A stretch of DNA of 32,000 nucleotides from Bifidobacterium longum subsp. longum JCM 1217. GTDB taxonomy: Bacteria; Actinomycetota; Actinomycetes; Actinomycetales; Bifidobacteriaceae. This document shows positions 1 to 7,400 of the stretch, piece by piece. The stretch's first letter is position 1. Every line of letters begins with the position of its first letter. Where the stretch lies: the NCBI RefSeq assembly GCF_000196555.1, contig NC_015067.1, positions 270,001 to 302,000 of the forward strand. The letters are read 5' to 3'. The notes beneath the pieces were generated by a model. That model searched no databases, was not told where the DNA came from, and saw only the letters and a list, made by a program, of their open reading frames with translations. The translations under genes and the position numbers were made by a program.

Positions 1-11
1 GCGCCGGGGCT

Positions 12-908
12 GTGCCCGTGCATAAGTCCAAGGCGAAGGCGGCGCAGACCAGGCGAGGTCTGCTGTACGCACTTCCGGACTGGCTGATGATTATCGTCCT
101 GTTCTTCGTGCCGATTGTTCTACTGGTCGTCATGGCCTGCTCTCGTTGGAGCCTGCTGGGTGGCAACCGCGGCGTGAACTTCCCGGACAACTTCGTCAAG
201 GTGTTCGAGAACAAATTGTTCTGGCCCTCGATTTGGTTCACGCTCGAGTACACCGTGATCGTCACGATCTTCCTGTTGGTCCTTGGCCTGGGCATGGCCA
301 TGATCGTGCAGGAGAGCTCGAAGTGGAACAACGTGCTGCGTACCTGCTTCCTGCTGCCGTCCGCGACGGGCCTGGCGTCCGCGTCCCTGCTGTTCTACGC
401 CCTGTATTCCCCGCAGGTGGGCCCTGTCACCAAGATTCTGAGCTCGTTGGGCCTGATGCAGGAGGGTGGTTCGGTGCTGGCCACTGGCCAGTCGGCCCTG
501 TGGGCCACGATTATCGTGATTGTCTGGCGTTTCTCGGGCTACTACATGCTGCTGATGATGATCGGTCTGCAGGCCATCCCCGGTGATCTGTACGAGGCGG
601 CCCGCATGGACGGCGCCGGTTCCTGGCGTATCTTCCGCTCCATCACCCTGCCGCTGATGAAGCCGACCATCGTGATGTGCCTGGTCTACTGCGTGACCGG
701 CTCGATCCTCGCGTTCGATCAGTTCTTCATTCTGACCAAGGGTGGTCCGAACAACTCCACCATGACCGTGGTGCAGCTCATCTACAACTTCGCCTTCGAT
801 TCCAAGAAGGATCTGGGTATGGCCGCGGCGCTCTCGCTGATCGTGCTGGTGGCCCTGGTCATCATCAACTCCATCCAGATGCGCGGCATGCGCGACAACA
901 CCAAGTGA
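12..908 (+). CDS. ABC sugar transporter permease (MalF/UgpA-like, CUT1 family); start may lie upstream of the window
   Basis: 298-aa ORF with multiple hydrophobic spans. It carries the binding-protein-dependent transporter EAA loop (IPGDLYEAARMDGAGSWRIFRSITLPLMKP). The frame stays open to the window edge, so GTG at 12 is only a provisional start. Confidence 0.85.
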   Translation: MPVHKSKAKAAQTRRGLLYALPDWLMIIVLFFVPIVLLVVMACSRWSLLGGNRGVNFPDNFVKVFENKLFWPSIWFTLEYTVIVTIFLLVLGLGMAMIVQESSKWNNVLRTCFLLPSATGLASASLLFYALYSPQVGPVTKILSSLGLMQEGGSVLATGQSALWATIIVIVWRFSGYYMLLMMIGLQAIPGDLYEAARMDGAGSWRIFRSITLPLMKPTIVMCLVYCVTGSILAFDQFFILTKGGPNNSTMTVVQLIYNFAFDSKKDLGMAAALSLIVLVALVIINSIQMRGMRDNTK

Positions 909-928
909 GAAAGGGGAGGTAACACATT

Positions 929-1747
929 ATGACTACCCCATTGTGGAAGCGTATCATCGCCCGGATCCTCGAGGCCCTGCTGGCCATCATCTTCATCAGC
1001 CCGCTGGTCTGGGTCATCATCTGCTCGTTCAGCCCGCAGGCCGGTTCGGCCCAGTCCAAGGGCTGGGGCGTGGCCAACTACCTGACCCTGTTCGGTTATC
1101 AGGAAGGTCTGCCCAAGTACCTGTTCAACTCGGTAATCGTGACTCTGGTCGCGGTCGTGTTCTCCGTGGTCGTCTGTACGCTGGCCGGCTACTCGTTCTC
1201 CCGCTTCGACTACCCGGGCCGCAACCTCGGCTTCATGGTCACCCTGTCGATCCTGATGGTACCGTACGCCTCGCTGCTGATCCCGCTGATGGTCTGGTAC
1301 AAGCAGATCGGCCTGAACGACAGCCTGCTGGGCGTGGGCCTGGTCATCACCCTGTTCCAGCTGCCTATGAGCACGTTCATCATGCGCAACGCGTTCGACG
1401 CGATCCCCAAGGACATGGAGGAGGCCGCCATGGTCGACGGCTGCAACAGCCTCCAGGCCTTGTTCAAGATTCTGGTGCCGGTGGTCAAGCCTTCGATGGT
1501 TACGGTTGGCCTGCTCGCCTTCCTCGAGGCATGGAACAACTTCATGATTCCGCTGTACTTGAGCTCTTCGTCCAAGTCCACGCTGCCGCTGGCGATGGTG
1601 AACATGCGTCAGCAGACCATGGGCGTCATCGATTACGGTGCCACCGAGGCCGGCGTCGTGATCCTGCTGATTCCCTGCGCCATCCTGTTCCTCGCACTCC
1701 AGAAGTACTACGTCAAGGGCTTTATGGCTGGAGCCGTGAAGGGCTGA
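929..1747 (+). CDS. ABC sugar transporter permease (MalG/UgpE-like, CUT1 family)
   Basis: 272-aa ORF preceded by the RBS gaaaggggagg. Six hydrophobic spans and the EAA loop (IPKDMEEAAMVDGCNSLQALFKILVPVVKP). It starts 21 nt after the upstream permease stop. Confidence 0.9.
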   Translation: MTTPLWKRIIARILEALLAIIFISPLVWVIICSFSPQAGSAQSKGWGVANYLTLFGYQEGLPKYLFNSVIVTLVAVVFSVVVCTLAGYSFSRFDYPGRNLGFMVTLSILMVPYASLLIPLMVWYKQIGLNDSLLGVGLVITLFQLPMSTFIMRNAFDAIPKDMEEAAMVDGCNSLQALFKILVPVVKPSMVTVGLLAFLEAWNNFMIPLYLSSSSKSTLPLAMVNMRQQTMGVIDYGATEAGVVILLIPCAILFLALQKYYVKGFMAGAVKG

Positions 1748-1749
1748 TC

Positions 1750-3726
1750 ATGAACGTTACAATCACTTCCCCGTTCTGGAAGCGGCGTCGCGACCAGATT
1801 GTCGAATCCGTCATCCCCTACCAGTGGGGCGTGATGAACGACGAGATCGACACCACGGTGCCCGACGACCCGGCCGGCAACCAGCTGGCTGACAGCAAAA
1901 GCCATGCGGTTGCCAACCTGAAGGTTGCCGCCGGCGAATTGGACGACGAATTCCACGGCATGGTGTTCCAGGATTCCGACGTCTACAAGTGGCTTGAGGA
2001 AGCCGCCTACGCATTGGCATACCACCCGGATCCCGAGCTCAAGGCGCTGTGCGACCGCACGGTCGATCTCATCGCCCGCGCTCAGCAGTCGGACGGCTAT
2101 TTGGACACTCCGTACCAGATCAAGTCCGGCGTATGGGCCGACCGCCCGCGCTTCAGCCTGATTCAGCAGAGCCACGAGATGTATGTGATGGGTCACTACA
2201 TCGAGGCCGCCGTCGCCTACCATCAGGTGACCGGCAACGAGCAGGCCCTTGAAGTCGCCAAGAAGATGGCCGACTGCCTGGATGCCAACTTCGGCCCCGA
2301 AGAAGGCAAGATCCACGGCGCCGATGGTCATCCTGAGATCGAGCTCGCCCTCGCCAAGCTGTATGAAGAGACCGGTGAGAAGCGTTATCTGACGCTTTCC
2401 CAGTATCTCATCGACGTGCGCGGTCAGGATCCGCAGTTCTACGCCAAGCAGCTCAAGGCGATGAACGGCGACAACATCTTCCATGATCTCGGCTTCTACA
2501 AGCCCACCTACTTCCAGGCCGCCGAACCTGTGCGCGACCAGCAGACCGCGGATGGCCACGCCGTGCGCGTCGGCTACCTGTGCACTGGTGTGGCCCATGT
2601 GGGCCGACTGCTCGGCGATCAGGGGCTGATCGACACTGCCAAGCGTTTCTGGAAGAACATCGTCACCCGTCGCATGTATGTCACCGGCGCGATTGGTTCC
2701 ACCCACGTGGGCGAGTCGTTCACCTACGACTATGATCTGCCGAACGACACGATGTACGGTGAGACCTGTGCTTCCGTGGCTATGAGCATGTTCGCCCAGC
2801 AGATGCTCGACCTCGAGCCCAAGGGCGAATACGCCGACGTGCTGGAGAAGGAACTGTTCAACGGTTCCATTGCCGGCATCTCGCTCGACGGCAAGCAGTA
2901 CTACTACGTCAATGCACTGGAGACCACGCCTGACGGACTGGATAACCCGGACCGCCACCACGTGCTCTCCCACCGCGTCGACTGGTTCGGCTGCGCCTGC
3001 TGCCCGGCCAACATCGCCCGACTCATCGCCTCCGTGGACCGCTACATCTACACCGAGCGCGACGGCGGCAAGACCGTGCTGAGCCACCAGTTCATCGCCA
3101 ACACAGCCGAATTCGCTTCCGGCCTGACGGTCGAGCAGCGTTCGAACTTCCCGTGGGATGGCCATGTGGAATACACGGTGAGCCTGCCCGCCAGCGCCAC
3201 TGACAGCTCGGTCCGTTTCGGACTGCGCATCCCCGGCTGGTCGCGGGGCTCCTACACGCTGACCGTGAACGGCAAGCCCGCAGTGGGCTCACTGGAAGAC
3301 GGCTTCGTATACCTTGTGGTCAACGCCGGCGATACGTTGGAGATTGCGCTCGAGCTCGACATGTCCGTCAAGTTCGTGCGCGCCAACTCCCGCGTGCGCT
3401 CCGACGCCGGCCAGGTGGCCGTTATGCGCGGTCCGCTGGTCTACTGCGCCGAACAGGTCGATAATCCCGGTGATTTGTGGAACTATCGTCTGGCCGATGG
3501 CGTCACCGGTGCGGATGCCGCTGTGGCTTTCCAGGCCGACTTGCTGGGTGGAGTCGATACCGTTGATTTGCCGGCAGTGCGCGAGCACGCCGACGAGGAT
3601 GACGCGCCGCTGTACGTGGATGCCGACGAACCGCGTGCGGGCGAACCCGCGACGCTGCGCTTGGTGCCGTACTACTCGTGGGCCAACCGCGAGATAGGCG
3701 AGATGCGTGTCTTCCAGCGTCGATAA
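1750..3726 (+). CDS. hypBA1: GH127 beta-L-arabinofuranosidase (DUF1680 family), cytoplasmic
   Basis: ATG at 1750 lies 2 nt after the permease stop (tgatcATG) and gaaggg lies 7 nt upstream. The product is 658 aa with no signal peptide. Counting from this Met gives E322 (GESFTY), E338 and C340 (YGETCAS), and C415/C417/C418 (WFGCACCPAN). This is exactly the acid/base, Zn-ligand and Cys-nucleophile numbering I recall for B. longum HypBA1. The long in-frame extension back to 943 overlaps the permease and is not coding. Confidence 0.92.
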   Translation: MNVTITSPFWKRRRDQIVESVIPYQWGVMNDEIDTTVPDDPAGNQLADSKSHAVANLKVAAGELDDEFHGMVFQDSDVYKWLEEAAYALAYHPDPELKALCDRTVDLIARAQQSDGYLDTPYQIKSGVWADRPRFSLIQQSHEMYVMGHYIEAAVAYHQVTGNEQALEVAKKMADCLDANFGPEEGKIHGADGHPEIELALAKLYEETGEKRYLTLSQYLIDVRGQDPQFYAKQLKAMNGDNIFHDLGFYKPTYFQAAEPVRDQQTADGHAVRVGYLCTGVAHVGRLLGDQGLIDTAKRFWKNIVTRRMYVTGAIGSTHVGESFTYDYDLPNDTMYGETCASVAMSMFAQQMLDLEPKGEYADVLEKELFNGSIAGISLDGKQYYYVNALETTPDGLDNPDRHHVLSHRVDWFGCACCPANIARLIASVDRYIYTERDGGKTVLSHQFIANTAEFASGLTVEQRSNFPWDGHVEYTVSLPASATDSSVRFGLRIPGWSRGSYTLTVNGKPAVGSLEDGFVYLVVNAGDTLEIALELDMSVKFVRANSRVRSDAGQVAVMRGPLVYCAEQVDNPGDLWNYRLADGVTGADAAVAFQADLLGGVDTVDLPAVREHADEDDAPLYVDADEPRAGEPATLRLVPYYSWANREIGEMRVFQRR

Positions 3727-3863
3727 ATATCGGCGATATGCCGGCCTGCGCGCAACTGGCCGGCAAAAAAATACTTATGCCGCCATCGTCTGTAATAAGT
3801 CGATGACGGCATAGGCCGGATGTCAGTATCGATTGGAGCCGAAAACACATCCGGGGAATGAGG

Positions 3864-3906
3864 TCTCCTGTGCGGGGTAATACCCGTGCAGGAGATTATT
3901 TTTTAA
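3864..3906 (+). terminator. Rho-independent terminator downstream of hypBA1
   Basis: Stem tctcctgtgcgggg / acccgtgcaggaga (two G-U pairs) with loop taat, followed by ttattttttaatt. Confidence 0.7.
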
Positions 3907-3912
3907 TTATAT

Positions 3913-4020
3913 GCTCCTGCTGTGAGAGCTGTCGGCGGAGTCGACTGAGGGTGGTCATAAGCGGTACCGTGTAAGCCACCCTCAGTCTCGCTTTGCGAGC
4001 CAGCTCCCGCCAGCGGGAGC
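3913..4020. repeat. ~108-bp nested-palindrome intergenic repeat (REP/MITE-like), degenerate left arm
   Basis: An inner inverted repeat actgagggtggtc ... g(c)caccctcagt sits between outer arms gctcctgctgtgagagctgtc ... (c)cagctcccgccagcgggagc. It is related arm-for-arm to the element at 31740-31844. Confidence 0.8.
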
Positions 4021-4173
4021 CTGTTGGTTCCTGATTCAGCGAGGCTGAATCGGCGCGCCGTAGGTACTGCGACACGGCGAAACGCAGCAATGCTCTAATG
4101 CGAAAGTAAATGCGAAAACTGAGAAATTGCCGGGTTTTTGTTGTGTAAGATGGTTGATATCGCTGAGGGAAAG

Positions 4174-4202
4174 TTGCGAAACCGTATTCGCTCGGTTATG
4201 AT
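4174..4202 (+). promoter_or_regulatory. Candidate sigma-70-type promoter for hypBA2
   Basis: TTGCGA (4174-4179), a 17-bp spacer, then TATGAT (4197-4202). This predicts a ~215-nt leader before the ATG at 4425. Sequence-only prediction. Confidence 0.4.
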
Positions 4203-4233
4203 GTGGAATCAGCTTCGGTGAATTGCTCCAACC

Positions 4234-4256
4234 GTGATATCCATGGCGGATATCAC
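4234..4256 (+). promoter_or_regulatory. Perfect 9-bp inverted repeat, candidate operator downstream of the predicted hypBA2 promoter
   Basis: gtgatatcc-atggc-ggatatcac has perfect arms. It lies about +25 to +47 relative to the predicted transcription start. Confidence 0.35.
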
Positions 4257-4424
4257 ACCAGATTCACTGAAGATACTCATTCCGGTGAACCCAATAGCCA
4301 ATAAAGGAAACTGACGGAGAACGGGCTCTGCGGCCCAGCATCCACAGAAGAAGTCCTGGTCGCATAGATGCGACGTAGCCTGAGCGAAGACGCGAAAGAC
4401 CGGGGCGGAGAGGTCCAAGCAGGA

Positions 4425-7400
4425 ATGCATCACTCAACACGAAAGCGGTGGCTTGCGTCAATCGGCGCGGTTGCAGCGGTCGCCACACTGGCCACCGGCG
4501 GTGCAGTCACCGCGCAGGCAGCCGATGCGCCCGTCATCAAGAATGCGGATGTGGCATATCCGTCGTTCAAGGGATCTGATGATCCGATGAAGACGGCGGC
4601 GAACAACACCACATATAACCCTGCCGTCAGCTATCTGCAGGAGACATTCGATAACGACGTGAAGAACCTGGCCGGCATCGACACCGACCATGACTTCTGG
4701 ATCGATAAGATTCTCACCCGTACTGGTGCACAGCCAACTGGTAAAGGCACGAACGACAAGGGTGCTTACTCGTATGAAGGCTCCGACGGCAACAACTACC
4801 TGTTCACCCGTGGTCGCGCCGCCTACATGTACACGCACACGCCTAATCAGCTCGGTTTTGTGGGTGATACCGCCTACTGGGACCAGACCAGCAGGAGCGG
4901 CTTCACCGTTACCGTAAACGCTGATGGATCAAACCAGACCCTTAACGAAGACGCCTCCCAGCGCAAGCAGACGCCGAGCTACTTCACCTCCCTGTTCCAG
5001 ACCGGTGGCAAGAGCCTCAAGATCAAGGAAGTCAAGTACATCACCTACAACAACGTGATGGTTGCGAACCTCACCGTGGAAAGCACGCAGGACCGCGATG
5101 TCACACTGACCACGGCCTCGCCGTTCGCCGCCGAGGGTGCTGATGGTGCCACCGAACTTACTGGCCGCGTGAACGTCAAGAACAACCTGACGACCATCTA
5201 TCCGCGCTTCTCCGCCAACAACCAGGACGGTTCCAACTGGATCGTCAGCGGTGGCAAACTCACCAGCACGTTGAGCCTCAAGGCCAACGAACCGCAGACC
5301 GTCAAGATTCAGCTCGGCCTGATCGCCAACGAACTGCCTGACTCCACCAAGGAATATGAGGCCCGTTACACCGGCGACCTTAAGGATGCTGCCGCCTCCT
5401 ACAAGGATTCCGTGACCACCTACAACAAGTGGTGGGTCGATAACGCTCCCTACGTGGACACTCCGGAAGACAATATCGATAAGACCGTGGTCTACCGCTG
5501 GTGGCTGAGCCGTTTCAACATGCTCGACGCCAACATGCCTGGCAACACCTTCCAGTACCCGACCTCCATCGAGGGTGTGCTCGGCTACAACAACCAAATC
5601 GTGCTCACCTCCGGCATGTTCATGATGGACACCAAGTGGTTCCGCAACCCCGAGTACTCCTACGGCACCTGGCTTTCCGCCGGCGATACCGCCAAGAAGA
5701 GCAAGGCGGGCTATTACTACTACCACGACAATCCGGGCGACCCGGCCAACTGGAACCATAGCTACACGCAGTACATCACGCGCGCCGGCTGGGACTCCTA
5801 CAAGGTGCACGGCGGTCCGTCCACCGTGGCCGAGGAGCTGGCCGACCAGGGTGCCGAGGACGTGCAAGGTCTACTCGCTTCCAAGAGCGAGCCGGACAAC
5901 AACGACAACCAGAACAACAATGACAACAGCTTGATTGACTGGTCCTGGTGGTCGATGACCGGTAACGATGCCGACGCCGTTTCCTTCTCTGAGCCGGGTC
6001 GCTCCGGCCAGCGCATGGATCGCGCCGATGGTTCCGCCAATATGTGGGCCAACGCTAACGCGGCTGCTCAGGCATACAAGGCTGCTGGCGATACCGCCAA
6101 CGCCGAGAAGATGCAGGCCATCGCCGACAAGATCCAGAAAGAAGTCACCACTGAACTGTGGGACAAGTCCGACAACCTGCTCAAGCACAAGTGGCTGAAC
6201 GACGGTGCTTTCGCCAAGTACAAGGAGATCAATAACTACTACCCGTACTCCGAAGGCCTGATGCCTACCGGCAACGAAGATTACAACAAGGCTCTGCGCC
6301 TGTTCGAGGATTCCAACGAGTTCCCGATCTTCCCGTTCTTCACCGCCAACCAGGCGGACAAGGCGGCGCTGAACTTCCCCGGTTCCAACAACTTCTCCAT
6401 TATCAACGCACAGCCGCTGCTGCAGGTCTATTCAGCCGGCATCCGCAATTACGATGCAGCCAAGAATGGCTACATCACCAATGAGCAGTTCAAGAAGCTG
6501 CTGTACTGGGTGGCGTTCGCGCACTACCAGGGCGGCGATAACAACTACCCTGATCAAAACGAGTTCTGGAACGAGGACAACAACAACGTCGGCGATGTAA
6601 ACGGTGACGGCGTGATCAACAACCTCGACAAGAACCTTGACGCCGCACAGAACGGCGGCAAGATCACCTACCGCTCCTGGATCCACCACACCCAGCTCGG
6701 CACCACGAACTGGACGATGGTCGAGGACGTAGCCGGTATGGTGCCGCGCGAGGACAACAAGATTGAGCTAAACCCGATCGAAATCCCCGGTTGGAACTAC
6801 TTCACGGTAAACAACCTGCGCTACCACGATCAGGATGTCTCCATCGTATGGGACAAGGACGGCAGCCACTACGGTGGTCCTGCTGGCTACAGCCTGTACG
6901 TGGGCGGCAAGCTCGCCTTCACCTCCGACAAGCTGGCGCACCTCATCTATGACCCGGCTGCGGGAACGGTCGAGGTCAAGGACGATTCCAGTGCCCAGGT
7001 TACCGTCGGCGCCGAAGCCGTCAAGAACGTGAAGGCCGCCAATCAGGTTACCTTCAATGCCGATCAGCGCGTGACCGACCTGTTCGCCAAGTCCGGCACC
7101 AACGTCGACTCCGCCTCCAAGTCCACCACGAACGTGGCCAAGGACGCGGACGTGACCGGTACCACCTACGCCGAGAAGGACACCAACTACCCGGCCAAGA
7201 ACGCGGTGGACGGCAAGACCGTGATGGAATCGTTCTGGGGTACCAAGGGCTCTGAGAACAAGACCGACACGCTCAATATCAAGTTCAAGGACGGCAAGCA
7301 GAAGATCGACGACATCCGCTTGTACTTCTACCAGAGCTCGTCCAGCCAGACCATCTCCGGCTATGCCGAGCCCGCCAACTACAAGTTGGAGTACCAGAAG

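Noticed and set aside
943-1749. The 5' part of the 927-aa ORF (943-3726) suggests a much longer HypBA1.
   Set aside because: This stretch overlaps the well-supported MalG-like permease in another frame and translates to Arg/Pro/Gly-rich nonsense. The ATG at 1750 gives the known 658-aa protein with correct catalytic-residue numbering.
1708-3165. A 485-aa ORF antisense to hypBA1. Similar long antisense ORFs lie at 4929-5867(-), 10472-11122(-), 11186-11821(-), 28370-29593(-), 29606-30421(-) and 30168-31523(-).
   Set aside because: These are typical shadow ORFs of GC-rich coding DNA. They are rich in Arg/Gly/Val/His/Asp-Leu runs, have no RBS or recognisable motif, and each lies fully inside a confidently identified gene on the other strand.
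3896-4090. Small ORFs at 3896-4090(-), 31717-31953(-) and 31750-31965(+) share peptide motifs (SRWREL..., TTLS...), which could suggest a small-protein family.
   Set aside because: The shared peptides are simply translations of the palindromic DNA repeat, so the same sequence reads similarly on both strands. There is no RBS, and the conservation follows the DNA arms rather than a reading frame.
4368-4424. The ORF-track start of hypBA2 at 4368 (MRRSLSEDAKDRGGEVQAG...).
   Set aside because: These 19 residues are charged and would displace the signal peptide from the N-terminus. The ATG at 4425 has an RBS (ggagagg) and yields the expected 1943-aa protein.
5889-5930. An Asn/Asp-rich run (PDNNDNQNNNDNS) in HypBA2 might be a possible insertion or repeat expansion.
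   Set aside because: It is a short low-complexity surface loop with imperfect DNA repeats. I cannot support any separate function from sequence alone.
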